Below, piece after piece: positions 46,409 to 56,750 of a stretch of 64,000 bases of DNA; within the stretch, counting starts at the first letter, position 1, and every line of letters starts with the position of its first letter. Both the position numbers and the translations under genes were made by a program. Under the pieces are notes generated by a model that saw only the letters and a program-made list of their open reading frames with translations, was not told the origin of the DNA and did not search any database. The stretch covers positions 1,308-65,307 of the forward strand of contig JAYULW010000089.1 of assembly GCA_043763155.1 (NCBI GenBank). The letters are read 5' to 3'. Source of the stretch: Alphaproteobacteria bacterium (lineage in GTDB: Bacteria > Pseudomonadota > Alphaproteobacteria > Rickettsiales > SXRF01).

Positions 46409-47058
46409 GCTTAGACAGCCTGCTCGCACCCATTGATAATTATTGCGAGCGGCTGGATGTTGGGCTTTTGGCCGAGCCGCTGAACGCGGTGACGAATGCG
46501 GCGTTTTTGGTGGCGGCGTGGCTGCTGTTTAAGCGCTACCGGGCGCAAGGAGCCAAGGACCGCGAAGCCTTCTGGCTGATCCTTGAAGTTGCGGTGGTGG
46601 GGATTGGCAGTTTGCTGTTCCATACGTTTGCCAACCATTTGACCATGCTTGCGGACGTGATTCCGATTGCGGTGTTTGTACTCACCTATATATGGGTGGC
46701 GTTCCGGCGGCTTTTGCTGTGGGGCCGGGGACGCGCTTTGGCTGCCATGCTGGTGTTTATGTGTGTGGCGCCGATGATGAACGATGTGCCTAAGGAATGG
46801 GCGCTAAACGGGTCGGTTTCGTACCTGCCGTGCTTTGGGGTGCTGGTGATTTTGAGCGCGCAAATGCGCGGGCATTCGCAGCAGAAAATGCTGCTGGGCG
46901 CTGTGGGCGTGTTTACCATTTCGTTAAGTTTACGCAGTGTGGATATGCAGGTGTGCGACCGCTTTCCTTGGGGCACGCATTTCCTGTGGCACACGCTGAA
47001 CGGGATTCTTTTGTACCTGCTGGTTTCAGCGGTGCTGGCGGTACGTCCCACACGTTAA
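46405..47058 (+). CDS. Ceramidase-family-like 7-TM membrane protein
   Basis: NYCERLDVGLLAEPLNAVTNAAF, LFHTFANH and HFLWHTLNG are His-containing TM motifs reminiscent of alkaline ceramidase/hemolysin-III-type hydrolases. The assignment is tentative. Confidence 0.5.
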   Translation: MSLDSLLAPIDNYCERLDVGLLAEPLNAVTNAAFLVAAWLLFKRYRAQGAKDREAFWLILEVAVVGIGSLLFHTFANHLTMLADVIPIAVFVLTYIWVAFRRLLLWGRGRALAAMLVFMCVAPMMNDVPKEWALNGSVSYLPCFGVLVILSAQMRGHSQQKMLLGAVGVFTISLSLRSVDMQVCDRFPWGTHFLWHTLNGILLYLLVSAVLAVRPTR

Positions 47059-47146
47059 TCCGGCGAATTAATAAATATTTGCGTGCGCCTTAATTCCGTG
47101 TACATTGCTGGTAAGGATTTATTTACTTTAACATCAGAGGTGGGTC

Positions 47147-48181
47147 ATGGATAAAAATAAAGCACTGGAAACCGCGCTCAGCCAGATCGAAAAGAATTTC
47201 GGCAAAGGCTCGATCATGAAGCTCGGCGACAACAAACTGGAAGCCATTGAAGCGACCTCCACCGGTTCGCTCGGCCTCGACCTTGCGCTTGGCGTGGGCG
47301 GGATTCCGCGTGGCCGTATCGTTGAAATTTTTGGCCCGGAAAGCTCCGGTAAAACCACTCTCACCCTGCACCTCATCGCTGAAGCGCAGAAAAAGGGCGG
47401 CACGTGCGCGTTCATTGACGCGGAACACGCGATGGACCCCATTTATGCCAAGAAGCTTGGCGTGAACATTGACGATTTGCTGATCTCGCAGCCGGACACG
47501 GGCGAACAGGCGCTGGAAATCGCCGACACGCTGGTGCGCTCAGGCGCGATTGACGTGCTGGTTATTGACTCGGTGGCGGCACTGGTTCCCAAGGCGGAAC
47601 TGGACGGCGAAATGGGCGATTCCCACATGGGCCTGCAGGCACGTTTGATGAGCCAGGCATTGCGCAAGCTCACGGGCAGCATCAGCCGCACCAACTGCAC
47701 CATTATTTTCATCAACCAGATCCGCATGAAAATCGGCGTGATGTTCGGCAACCCTGAAACCACCACGGGCGGCAACGCGCTGAAATTCTATGCTTCGGTG
47801 CGCCTCGACATTCGCCGCATCGGCGCGATCAAGGAAAAGGAAGAAGTGATCGGCAACCAGACCCGCGTGAAAGTGGTGAAGAACAAGGTGGCCCCGCCCT
47901 TCCGCCAAGTGGAATTCGATATCATTTACGGCGAAGGCATTTCCAAGACCGGCGAGCTGATTGATATGGGCGTGAAGGCTGGTATCGTGGAAAAATCGGG
48001 CTCTTGGTTCAGCTACAACAACCAGCGCATCGGCCAGGGCCGCGAAAATGCGAAGCAGTTCATGAAGGATAATCCGAAGCTTGCGGATGAAGTGGAAAAG
48101 AAGATTCGCGCCAATGCCAATGTCCTGACCGAAGTGCTTAAGGGCACCCCGGCGGAAATGGCTGACGAAGACGCAGCGTAA
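47147..48181 (+). CDS. recA: Recombinase RecA
   Basis: [13 protein letters not shown] Walker A, alphaproteobacterial-type [18 protein letters not shown], and full-length similarity. Confidence 0.97.
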   Translation: MDKNKALETALSQIEKNFGKGSIMKLGDNKLEAIEATSTGSLGLDLALGVGGIPRGRIVEIFGPESSGKTTLTLHLIAEAQKKGGTCAFIDAEHAMDPIYAKKLGVNIDDLLISQPDTGEQALEIADTLVRSGAIDVLVIDSVAALVPKAELDGEMGDSHMGLQARLMSQALRKLTGSISRTNCTIIFINQIRMKIGVMFGNPETTTGGNALKFYASVRLDIRRIGAIKEKEEVIGNQTRVKVVKNKVAPPFRQVEFDIIYGEGISKTGELIDMGVKAGIVEKSGSWFSYNNQRIGQGRENAKQFMKDNPKLADEVEKKIRANANVLTEVLKGTPAEMADEDAA

Positions 48182-48191
48182 GACTCCTGCA

Positions 48192-48488
48192 ATGCAATTC
48201 TTAGTGCTTGCATATGATGCTAAAGACGAAGGTGCGGCTCAGCGCCGCCTTGATGCGCGCAATGCGCATCTGGCGATGATTGAGGCACTGAAGGATGCCG
48301 GGAACATGAAAATGGGCGCGGCCATCCTGAATGATGAGGGCAAGATGGTGGGGAGCTGCATTATTGCGGAGTTCCCCACCCGCGCCGACCTCGACGGGTG
48401 GCTGGCGGGCGACCCCTATATGGTGCATGATGTGTGGCATGATATTTACGTGCAAGACTGTAAAATCGCCCCATCTTTCGTAGGTTAA
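48192..48488 (+). CDS. YciI-family protein
   Basis: 98 aa, MQFLVLAYDAKD ... RNAHLAMIEALKDAGNMKMGAAIL ... GDPY pattern. Confidence 0.75.
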   Translation: MQFLVLAYDAKDEGAAQRRLDARNAHLAMIEALKDAGNMKMGAAILNDEGKMVGSCIIAEFPTRADLDGWLAGDPYMVHDVWHDIYVQDCKIAPSFVG

Positions 48489-48584
48489 AGCATTTATTGT
48501 CAGTTATTCAAAATTACGCTACAAGCGTTGGGTCGCTTTGTTTAGCGATTTTATTATCTTACACAAATATAACAGGGGAACTTC

Positions 48585-48866
48585 ATGAACAAGCTGCTCG
48601 TTACCGCATCCATCGTATTATTCAGCGCCAGCGCCGCATTTGCCGCGCCGCACACCTATCAGGTAACCGGCCCCGTGCTTGCCATGACCGACAAGACCAT
48701 CACCGTGTCCAAGGGCAAGGAAAACTGGGAAATCAACAAAGACGCAGCGACCAAGATTCCCGCTGACGTGAAGGTTGGCTCGAAGGTTACCATTGAATAC
48801 ACCATGACGGCTGTGGACGTGACCGACAAGACCGCAGCGCCGAAAGCAGACAAGAAAAAGAAGTAA
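48585..48866 (+). CDS. Small periplasmic hypothetical protein
   Basis: Signal peptide MNKLLVTASIVLFSASAAFA, a beta-rich body, and a Lys-rich tail. Confidence 0.55.
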   Translation: MNKLLVTASIVLFSASAAFAAPHTYQVTGPVLAMTDKTITVSKGKENWEINKDAATKIPADVKVGSKVTIEYTMTAVDVTDKTAAPKADKKKK

Positions 48867-48891
48867 TTGATTTAAGCATTAATGAGCTGGG

Positions 48892-48924
48892 GAAGCATGG
48901 GGCCATGGGGTTCCATGCTTCTTT
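48892..48924 (+). terminator. Probable Rho-independent terminator
   Basis: Stem GAAGCATGG / CCATGCTTC with a 12-nt loop, followed by TTT. Lies between the small periplasmic gene and alaS. Confidence 0.5.
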
Positions 48925-48941
48925 GGTGATATAGGCAGAGC

Positions 48942-51776
48942 ATGAAAACTGTAAATGACGTACGGGCTGGTTTCTTAGATTTCTTCAAGCGTAATGGGCA
49001 TGAGGTGCTGCCGAGCAGTTCGCTGGTGCCGCATAACGACCCCACCTTGATGTTTGCCAATGCGGGCATGAACCAGTTTAAGAACGTGTTTACGGGCGCG
49101 GAAAAATTGCCGTTTTCACGCGCGGCTACCAGCCAGAAATGCGTGCGCGCAGGTGGCAAGCATAACGATCTTGATAATGTGGGCTACACGGCGCGGCATC
49201 ATACGTTTTTTGAAATGCTGGGGAATTTTTCGTTCGGCGATTATTTCAAGGAAACGGCGATTGAGCATGCGTGGAAATTGCTCACCGAAGATTACGGGAT
49301 TTCCAAGGATAAGCTTTCGTTCACGGTGTATCACACCGACGACGAGGCGTTTAATTTATGGAAGAAAATTACGGGCTGCGACGACAGCAAGATTTTGCGC
49401 ATTCCCACGAAGGATAACTTCTGGGCGATGGGCGATACGGGGCCGTGCGGGCCTTGCTCGGAGATTTTTTATGACCATGGGGCGCAGGCTGGCAACGGCG
49501 AGTGGGCGCTGAACAAGGACGGCTCGGACCGATTTGACGCGCGGTTTGTGGAGATTTGGAATCTGGTGTTCATGCAGTATGAGCAGGTGGATGCGGATAC
49601 GCGCATTGAGCTGCCGAAGCCTTCGATTGATACCGGGATGGGGCTGGAGCGCATTGCAGCGGTGATGCAGGGTGTGCATGACAATTACGATATTGATTTG
49701 TTCAAGCATATCATCGCCTCGATTAAGGATGAGGCGGCGGCATTGGGGGCTGCGCCTGCGAAGGATGTGGCGGCTTATAAGGTTTTGGCCGATCATTTGC
49801 GGTCTTCGTGCTTTTTGATTGCTGACGGGGTGATGCCTTCCAACGAAGGGCGCGGGTATGTGCTGCGCCGCATTATGCGCCGGGCGATGCGTTATGCGCA
49901 TCAGTTGGGTTGCAAGGACCCGTTGATGTATAGGCTGGTGCCGTCGCTGGTGGCCGAAATGGGTGGGCAGTATCCGGAGTTGAAGCGTGCTGAGGCGGCG
50001 ATTACGGATAATTTGAAGCAGGAAGAAGAGCGGTTTAAGCAGACGCTGGAGCGTGGCCTCAAATTATTGGATGAGGAAACGGGCAAGCTTTCCAAGGGGC
50101 AGAAGCTCTCTGGCGAGGCGGCGTTTAAGCTGTATGACACGTTTGGGTTCCCGCTGGATTTGACGCAGGATATTTTGCGCCAGCGCGAGATGGAAGTGGA
50201 TACGGACGGGTTTGAAAGCAGCATGGACAACCAGCGCGAGATGGCGCGGGCTTCGCACAAAGGTTCGGGCGATGCGGCCACGGGGCGCGTGTGGTTTGAG
50301 CTGAAGGAAAAGCTGGGGGCTTCCAGCTTCCATGGGTATGAGAAGGATGATGCGAACGCGAGCGTGCGGGCCATTGTGAAAGATGGTGTGCCGGTGGATG
50401 CGGCGGCAGCGGGCGACGAAGTATTTGTGGTGCTGGACCATACGCCGTTTTATGGCGAGTCGGGCGGTCAGGCGGGCGATACGGGTGCGCTGGTGCTTGC
50501 TGGCAAGAAGGTGGCCGACGTGTTGGATACGCAAAAGCCGCTGGAGGATTTTCCGGTGCATAAGGTGAAGCTGGCTGGCGGTTTGAAGGTGGGCGACGCA
50601 GTTCTTGGAAAAATTGATGTGGAACTGCGCAATAAAATCCGTGCCAATCATTCGGCAACACATCTAATGCATACGGCTTTACGTCAGGTGTTAGGCGATC
50701 ATGTAGCGCAGAAAGGCTCGCTAGTGAACAGTGAGCGCTTGCGATTTGACTTTAGTCACTCGAAGGGCCTTTCCAAGGATGAAATCGTAGATATTGAGCG
50801 TCGCGTCAATTCTGTTATTAGAGGAAAGACACCTGTTCTTAGTGAAATAAAAACTTCTGAAGAAGCTATTAACTCAGGAGCCATGGCATTATTTGGCGAG
50901 AAATATGGGGATCAAGTAAGAGTTCTTAGTATGGGATTTCCAATTGAATTGGGAAGTTCGCATTTCGAGGATGGCAAAGTAGTGAAGGATGGTAAGAAAA
51001 CCACTTACTTCTCTGTAGAACTTTGCGGCGGTACACATGTGCATAATACTGGTGAGATCGGATTGTTCAAAATTACCAGCGAAGGCTCGGTGGCTTCGGG
51101 CATTCGCCGTATTGAGGCGGTTACCGGGCCTGCGGTGCGGGCTTATATGGCTGAGGAACTCGGCAAGGTGCGTGAGCAGGCGGAGAAGTTGCAGCAGGAC
51201 CAGCAGCAGTTGCTGGCGGGTATTGCGCAAGCATCGGGCAAGCCTTCGGCGATGGCGCAGCCCCTGCCCCCGTTTACGCTGGCGGCGCTGGAAAAGATGC
51301 CCGCGCATGAATTGCTGGACTGGTTTGAAGCGCAGATGAATACGGCGCGTGAAGCCATCAATGTGCTGACGGAAGAAAACAAGAAGTTCAACAAGCAGCT
51401 GGGTGAAGCGCGCAAGGCACAGGCCATGGGCGCTGCTGGCGGTGATGTTGCCAAGGAAATGGTTGGCGGCGTTGGGTTTATTGGCAAGGCCTTTGACGGG
51501 CTGGACCCGAAGGAGCTGCGCGGTATTGCCGAGGGCTACCTTAAGCAAGCGGATGTGGTGGCTGTGGCAACCAATGTGGAGGGTAAGGCCTCGGTGGTTG
51601 TGGCGGTGAGCAAGGTTTTGGTGGATAAAATCAGCGCGGTAACCTTGGTGCAGGCGGCAGTGGCTGAGCTGGGCGGCAAGGGTGGTGGCGGCAGGCCGGA
51701 CATGGCGCAGGGAGGCGGGCCAGAGGCGGAAAAGCTGGATTCTGCGCTTTCCAAAATCAAGTCGCTCATCGGTTAA
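48942..51776 (+). CDS. alaS: Alanine--tRNA ligase (944 aa, longer than typical)
   Basis: Class-II catalytic core (FANAGMNQFK, RAGGKHNDLDNVG), editing-domain HSATHLMH and CGGTHV motifs, and a C-terminal DHHA1-like region. Confidence 0.96.
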   Translation: MKTVNDVRAGFLDFFKRNGHEVLPSSSLVPHNDPTLMFANAGMNQFKNVFTGAEKLPFSRAATSQKCVRAGGKHNDLDNVGYTARHHTFFEMLGNFSFGDYFKETAIEHAWKLLTEDYGISKDKLSFTVYHTDDEAFNLWKKITGCDDSKILRIPTKDNFWAMGDTGPCGPCSEIFYDHGAQAGNGEWALNKDGSDRFDARFVEIWNLVFMQYEQVDADTRIELPKPSIDTGMGLERIAAVMQGVHDNYDIDLFKHIIASIKDEAAALGAAPAKDVAAYKVLADHLRSSCFLIADGVMPSNEGRGYVLRRIMRRAMRYAHQLGCKDPLMYRLVPSLVAEMGGQYPELKRAEAAITDNLKQEEERFKQTLERGLKLLDEETGKLSKGQKLSGEAAFKLYDTFGFPLDLTQDILRQREMEVDTDGFESSMDNQREMARASHKGSGDAATGRVWFELKEKLGASSFHGYEKDDANASVRAIVKDGVPVDAAAAGDEVFVVLDHTPFYGESGGQAGDTGALVLAGKKVADVLDTQKPLEDFPVHKVKLAGGLKVGDAVLGKIDVELRNKIRANHSATHLMHTALRQVLGDHVAQKGSLVNSERLRFDFSHSKGLSKDEIVDIERRVNSVIRGKTPVLSEIKTSEEAINSGAMALFGEKYGDQVRVLSMGFPIELGSSHFEDGKVVKDGKKTTYFSVELCGGTHVHNTGEIGLFKITSEGSVASGIRRIEAVTGPAVRAYMAEELGKVREQAEKLQQDQQQLLAGIAQASGKPSAMAQPLPPFTLAALEKMPAHELLDWFEAQMNTAREAINVLTEENKKFNKQLGEARKAQAMGAAGGDVAKEMVGGVGFIGKAFDGLDPKELRGIAEGYLKQADVVAVATNVEGKASVVVAVSKVLVDKISAVTLVQAAVAELGGKGGGGRPDMAQGGGPEAEKLDSALSKIKSLIG

Positions 51777-51852
51777 TCACTGATTCTTAACGAATTGGCA
51801 ACGCTTTGGCTTTACAGTCACGGGGTTCTTTAACCTTTTGTATGAGTGCATA

Positions 51853-53295
51853 ATGACCACCCCTATTACAGTTGCTTACGGTGACGGCATCGGCCCCGAA
51901 ATCATGGAAGCTACCCTGCATGTGCTGCGCGAAGCGGGTGCGGCCATTACGGTTGAAACCATCGAGGTGGGCGAACGGGTGTATAATATGGGCGCGTCGT
52001 CGGGCATTTTGCCGACCGCGTGGGAGACGCTGCGCCGCAATAAGGTTTTGCTGAAAGCGCCGATCACGACGCCGCAGGGCAAAGGCTATAAGAGCCTGAA
52101 CGTGACGATGCGCAAGACGCTGGGCCTGTATGCCAATATTCGCCCGACGCAGAGCTACCACCCGTTTGTGAAGACCAACCATCCGAAGATGGACATGGTG
52201 ATCGTGCGCGAGAACGAAGAAGATTTGTATGCGGGCATTGAATACCACCAGAGCCCTGACGTGTTTGAGTGCGTGAAGCTGATTACGCGCTCCGGGTCTG
52301 AGCGCATCATCCGCTACGCGTTTGAATATGCGATGGCTAACGGGCGCAAAAAAGTGACCTGTATGTCCAAGGACAATATCATGAAGCTGGCCGACGGCCT
52401 GTTCCACAGCTTGTTTGACTCGATTGGGGCTGAGTATCCGAAACTGGAGAAGGACCATTACATTATTGATATTGGGGCTGCGCGTATTGCTTCGCGGCCG
52501 GAGATTTTCGACGTGATTGTGACGGAGAATCTGTACGGCGATATTATTTCGGATATTGCGGCGGAAGTGAGCGGCTCGGTGGGTCTTGCGGGTTCGAGCA
52601 ATATCGGTGAGGGTTTTGCGATGTTTGAGGCGATCCATGGTTCGGCGCCGGATATTGCGGGCAAGAACATGGCGAATCCTTCGGGCATTTTGCAGAGCGC
52701 GGTGATGATGCTGGTGCATATCGGCCAGCCGGATGTGGCGTCCACCGTGCATAACGCATGGTTGCGCACGCTGGAAGACGGCGTGCATACGGGAGACGTG
52801 TACCGCAAGGAAATCAGCAGCGAGAAAGTGGGCACGAAGGAATTTGCAGAGGCCGTGGTGAAGCGGCTGGGCAAAAAGCCTTCGACGCTTGGCACGGTGA
52901 AATACACCAAGAGCGAAGGCCAGAGCGCGAGCGCGAAAATGAGCGCGGTGGTGGCCAGCAAGAAAGAATTGATCGGCACGGATTTGTTTGTGTACTGGAC
53001 CGGGGATGTGAACGAGCTGGGGCAGAAGGCTAAGGGGCTGGAGGCTGATGGGCTGGTGCTTTTGAACCTTTCCAATAAGGGCCTGAAGGCTTGGCCGGAC
53101 GCGGATACGAGTGGGATGCATCTGACGGACCAGTTCCGTTGCCGTTTCCGCATGCCTGAGGGCAAGACGGTGACGCAGGCGACGGTGTCGGCGTTGGTTG
53201 CCAAGGCCATCAGCCTTGGGCTTGAGTTTACCAAGATCGAGAATCTCTATAGCTTTGATGGCGTGGTTGGCTTCAGCTTAGGGCAAGGGGAATAA
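51853..53295 (+). CDS. icd: Isocitrate dehydrogenase (homodimeric-type core with ~130-aa C-terminal extension)
   Basis: ITVAYGDGIGPEIMEA, the NLYGDIISD metal-binding motif (TENLYGDIISDIAAE) and GSAPDIAGKNMANP. Start taken at MTTPI. Confidence 0.88.
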   Translation: MTTPITVAYGDGIGPEIMEATLHVLREAGAAITVETIEVGERVYNMGASSGILPTAWETLRRNKVLLKAPITTPQGKGYKSLNVTMRKTLGLYANIRPTQSYHPFVKTNHPKMDMVIVRENEEDLYAGIEYHQSPDVFECVKLITRSGSERIIRYAFEYAMANGRKKVTCMSKDNIMKLADGLFHSLFDSIGAEYPKLEKDHYIIDIGAARIASRPEIFDVIVTENLYGDIISDIAAEVSGSVGLAGSSNIGEGFAMFEAIHGSAPDIAGKNMANPSGILQSAVMMLVHIGQPDVASTVHNAWLRTLEDGVHTGDVYRKEISSEKVGTKEFAEAVVKRLGKKPSTLGTVKYTKSEGQSASAKMSAVVASKKELIGTDLFVYWTGDVNELGQKAKGLEADGLVLLNLSNKGLKAWPDADTSGMHLTDQFRCRFRMPEGKTVTQATVSALVAKAISLGLEFTKIENLYSFDGVVGFSLGQGE

Positions 53296-53297
53296 GC

Positions 53298-54764
53298 GTG
53301 GCGGGGGCGGCTCGGCTAAAAGAATATTGGGTCGCCCCCCTTCTCTTCCTGATTAATTTCGTTGTGTATTATTTGTCGGTCCAGCCGCTGCTGGACGACT
53401 CGGACGTGCCGTGGCATTTGGCGACGGGGAAATTGCTGCTGGAAACGGGCAAGGTGCCGACCACTGACCCGTGGTCTTTCGCATCGCAAGGCCAGCCGTG
53501 GTATTTGCTGAGCTGGGTGTGGGATTTGCTGCTGGGCGTGGCGGAAAAGGGCTTTGGCGAGTTTGGCGTGCTGGTGTTTGTGCTGATGGTGAGCGCTGCG
53601 CTGGTTTCGATGCTGGCGGCCCATCTGGTGACGATGCGGGTGTCGCTTTCGGCGATTTTCTTTACCAGCATGGTGGCGGGGCTGTGCATTCAGGATTTTA
53701 TTACGGCGAGGCCGCATCTGGGCGGGTATGCGCTGGCATTTATTTTTTATGTGCTGGCGTATCATAGCCGGGGCAAGACGACATATGGGACATTGCGGGC
53801 GCTGCCGCCGCTGATGCTGCTATGGGCGAATACGCATGGGAGTTTTATTGCGGGGTTCACGATTCTGGCGGCGTATAGTGTTGAGGCATTTGTGGCCAGG
53901 GATTATGTGTGGTTGAAGCGGTTGATCGTTACCACATTGGCTTGCGGGGTGATGGCGCTTTTGAACCCGTATGGGCTGGAGGTGACGATTGGGGCGCTGA
54001 AGACGCTCAACGGCACGGCGCGGAGTTATACGATTGAGTGGCTGCCGTTTACGTTTAGCTCCAGCACGGGGATTTCGACGTGGCTGATTCTTTTTATCAT
54101 GGCTTCAAATTTGCGGTTTGCGAACGTGCCTTTGGCGGACAAGCTGCTTTCCATTGCGTGGCTTCTGGCCAGCATGTTCATTATCAGGAATGGGGCGATT
54201 TTTGTGCTGCTTTCGGCGCCGTATCTGGCGCGGTGCATGGATGAGGCGACCATGGATTTGCGGGAGGTACGCAAGCCTTCGAAGTTTGTGGGGGTGATGG
54301 AGGCGCAGCCCTTGTGGCGGTTATGGGTGGCTGCTGTTGGGCTGGTGCTGGTGTTTAGTTATGGGGCCAGCAAGTTTCCCTATCAGGACAAGATTCTTTC
54401 TGAGGGTGCTTCGGCATTTGATGCGATTGATTATGCGACGGAGCATTATTCCGACCATAAGTTCCTTTCCAACTTCAACTTTGGCGGGCAGGTGATTTAC
54501 CGCTCTGGCGGCAAGCTTGCGTTCATGATGGATAGCCGGGCGGGGACGGTGTATCCGGAACAGGTGATTAAAGACTACCTGACCTTCCTGTTTTTGAAAC
54601 CGGGCTGGCAGGGGGTTTTGGACAGTTACGGGGTGAACGGGATCATTATGTATAAGGAAACTAATTTCTCGCAAAGCTTTGATAGCGGCCAGTTTCATGA
54701 CCGGTGGCAGCTTGTGTTTGCAGGAAAGTCCGCGAACGTGTATATTGCGCGTCCTTCACGCTAA
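53298..54764 (+). CDS. Polytopic membrane protein (possible third GT-C-like protein)
   Basis: GTG start. At least 10 TM segments, an acidic first loop (LLDDSDVPWH), and a soluble C-terminal ~130 aa. Architecture resembles the other two GT-C-like ORFs, but sequence similarity is weak. Confidence 0.55.
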   Translation: MAGAARLKEYWVAPLLFLINFVVYYLSVQPLLDDSDVPWHLATGKLLLETGKVPTTDPWSFASQGQPWYLLSWVWDLLLGVAEKGFGEFGVLVFVLMVSAALVSMLAAHLVTMRVSLSAIFFTSMVAGLCIQDFITARPHLGGYALAFIFYVLAYHSRGKTTYGTLRALPPLMLLWANTHGSFIAGFTILAAYSVEAFVARDYVWLKRLIVTTLACGVMALLNPYGLEVTIGALKTLNGTARSYTIEWLPFTFSSSTGISTWLILFIMASNLRFANVPLADKLLSIAWLLASMFIIRNGAIFVLLSAPYLARCMDEATMDLREVRKPSKFVGVMEAQPLWRLWVAAVGLVLVFSYGASKFPYQDKILSEGASAFDAIDYATEHYSDHKFLSNFNFGGQVIYRSGGKLAFMMDSRAGTVYPEQVIKDYLTFLFLKPGWQGVLDSYGVNGIIMYKETNFSQSFDSGQFHDRWQLVFAGKSANVYIARPSR

Positions 54765-54797
54765 AAAGCGCACGTTAACCAATATACGAGGCGGATT

Positions 54798-55514
54798 ATG
54801 AAACCCGAAGACAATCATCTGTTGGAGACCATTAAAAGCGTCATCGTGCCGGTGCATCCGGCAGGCTGGATGTTTATCGCTATTTTCGCCATTGCCTCGC
54901 TGGGCCTGAGCATCATCTGGGCGCCGTTTGGCTGGCTGGGGCTGATTGCCACCGCGTGGTGCGTTTACTTTTTCCGCGACCCGGACCGTATTACCCCCTT
55001 GCGCGAAGGGCTGATTGTAAGCCCCGCTGACGGCGTGATCCAGAAAATCGTTAAGTGCGTGCCTCCGGCTGAGCTGGAGTTGGGTGCGGGCGAACGCACA
55101 CGCATCAGCATTTTCCTGAATGTGTTTAACGTGCATGTGAACCGCGTGCCCATCGAAGGCAGCATCAGCAAGATGCATTATCAGGCCGGTAAGTTCGTGA
55201 ATGCTTCGCTGGATAAGGCGAGCGAGGAAAACGAGCGCCAGTCCATCAAGATTACCACGCCTGACGATTTGACGGTGGGTGTGGTGCAGATTGCGGGGCT
55301 TGTGGCCCGCCGCATTCTTTGCGATTTGAAAGAAGGCCAGTCGGTGAAGACGGGCGAGCGTTTCGGCATCATCCGCTTCGGTAGCCGCACGGACGTGTAT
55401 TTGCCGCCGGACGTGACGCCGCTGGTGATTGTGGGCCAGGTGGCCGTGGGCGGTGAAACGGTGCTGGCGGATATTTCCAGCAGCGAAGCGCCGCGCGTGG
55501 GTACGAAGCACTAA
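54798..55514 (+). CDS. psd: Phosphatidylserine decarboxylase proenzyme (short type)
   Basis: Psd family pattern with the FGSRTD self-cleavage site (GIIRFGSRTDVYLP). Confidence 0.9.
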   Translation: MKPEDNHLLETIKSVIVPVHPAGWMFIAIFAIASLGLSIIWAPFGWLGLIATAWCVYFFRDPDRITPLREGLIVSPADGVIQKIVKCVPPAELELGAGERTRISIFLNVFNVHVNRVPIEGSISKMHYQAGKFVNASLDKASEENERQSIKITTPDDLTVGVVQIAGLVARRILCDLKEGQSVKTGERFGIIRFGSRTDVYLPPDVTPLVIVGQVAVGGETVLADISSSEAPRVGTKH

Positions 55515-56302
55515 TGGCACGCAACCGCCTCAAAGACGAAAACGGCCGCAAGCGCCTGCGCGAGCAGCCGATCAGCCGCCTTTTCCCCAACATGATTACC
55601 ATGGCGGGGATGTGCTGCGGCTTATCTGCCATCCGCTTTGCCATGGTGGGGCGGTGGGAACTTTCGGTGGCGCTGATTATTGCAGCGGCGCTGATTGACG
55701 GCATGGACGGGCGCGTGGCGCGCATGCTGGGGGCCACCTCGCTCTTTGGCGCGCAACTGGACTCGCTTTCGGACTTCCTTTGCTTTGGGGTTGCGCCTGC
55801 GTTGGTCATGTATATGTGGCAGTTGCAGCAGGTGAAGGGCATCGGCTGGGCGGTGGTGCTGTTTTTCACCGCTTGCACGGCGCTGCGTCTGGCGCGGTTT
55901 AATACCGGGTTGTTTGAAGAAAAAGAGCCGTGGGAAAAGAATTTCTTCGTAGGCGTGCCTTCGCCAGCGGGGGGGATTATGTGCCTGCTGCCCATTATCA
56001 TCAGCCTTGGGTTTGACGATTTTACCATTTACCCGTTTGTGGCTTGCGTGCATGTGGTGGTGGTTGGCATGTTGATGGCCAGCCGGATTCCGACTTTTGC
56101 GGGCAAGAATATTCATATCAAGCACGACTATATTCCGGGGTTTATGATTGCGAGCTGCTTCCTTCTGGTGCTGTTCGTAATTGAGCCATGGCTGTTTTTA
56201 ACGGTGCTTTCGGGGGCGTATCTGGTCTCGATCGTGTTTGCGGTGCGCAGCTGGCGCAGCTATAACCGGGCCACGGAAGCAGCGAAGGCGGCGAGCGCTT
56301 AA
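55514..56302 (+). CDS. pssA: CDP-diacylglycerol--serine O-phosphatidyltransferase
   Basis: CDP-alcohol phosphatidyltransferase motif DGMDGRVARMLGATSLFGAQLDSLSD. Its start overlaps the psd stop. Confidence 0.9.
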   Translation: MARNRLKDENGRKRLREQPISRLFPNMITMAGMCCGLSAIRFAMVGRWELSVALIIAAALIDGMDGRVARMLGATSLFGAQLDSLSDFLCFGVAPALVMYMWQLQQVKGIGWAVVLFFTACTALRLARFNTGLFEEKEPWEKNFFVGVPSPAGGIMCLLPIIISLGFDDFTIYPFVACVHVVVVGMLMASRIPTFAGKNIHIKHDYIPGFMIASCFLLVLFVIEPWLFLTVLSGAYLVSIVFAVRSWRSYNRATEAAKAASA

Positions 56303-56329
56303 ATTTAAATAAATTCAAGTGATTGGAGT

Positions 56330-56364
56330 GGGGTGTTAAAGCGATGCTTTAACGCCCCGTTTTC
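56330..56364. terminator. Bidirectional terminator hairpin between pssA and the SemiSWEET gene
   Basis: GGGGTGTTAAAGC gat GCTTTAACGCCCC (13-bp stem with one G-T pair), followed by GTTTTCT. Confidence 0.7.
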
Positions 56365-56378
56365 TATATATCAATGGG

Positions 56379-56630
56379 TTAGCCGCAGCGGATTTTGGTG
56401 ATGAGGATGGTGAGCGACATCACGAAGGTGAGGCCGTTGGCCCAGATGATGGAAGGGCTGTTTATCATCACCCCATAGGCAAACCACGTGGCAATTCCGC
56501 AGGTTAGGATTGCGTACATGCACAGCGAAATGCTTTTGGTGTGGCGGTGCTTTAAGACCTTTATAAGCTGGGGAACGTAGGAGGCAGTGGTGAGGATGGC
56601 GGCCAGCGAGCCTATGATTTCAGGATTCAT
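56379..56630 (-). CDS. SemiSWEET/PQ-loop family small transporter (83 aa)
   Basis: Three TM helices and a PQ motif (ASYVPQLIKVLK). The track ORF to 56966 is an implausible Arg-rich 5' extension overlapping hisZ. Confidence 0.75.
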   Translation of the reverse strand: MNPEIIGSLAAILTTASYVPQLIKVLKHRHTKSISLCMYAILTCGIATWFAYGVMINSPSIIWANGLTFVMSLTILITKIRCG

Positions 56631-56750
56631 TGTATGATTGCCGTGAATTATTAGTGTTTTGGGGAGGTTCCGGTTGACATTCGCGCTGTGTGTTCTTAAA
56701 CCGGATGATGTCATTTCCGCTGGCATTTTCAAACAAAAATCCCGAAGTTT

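Noticed and set aside
45416-46429. 337-aa minus-strand ORF.
   Set aside because: It is antisense to the CckA-like kinase gene. It has shadow-frame composition and no motifs.
47100-47114. Possible SOS (LexA) box GTAC-N7-GTAA upstream of recA.
   Set aside because: The alphaproteobacterial consensus I know is GAAC-N7-GAAC or GTTC-N7-GTTC. This site has two core mismatches and no second copy, so I do not call it.
51787-53121. 444-aa minus-strand ORF.
   Set aside because: It is antisense to icd, which has unambiguous family motifs. The product is Arg/His/Ala-rich shadow-frame sequence.
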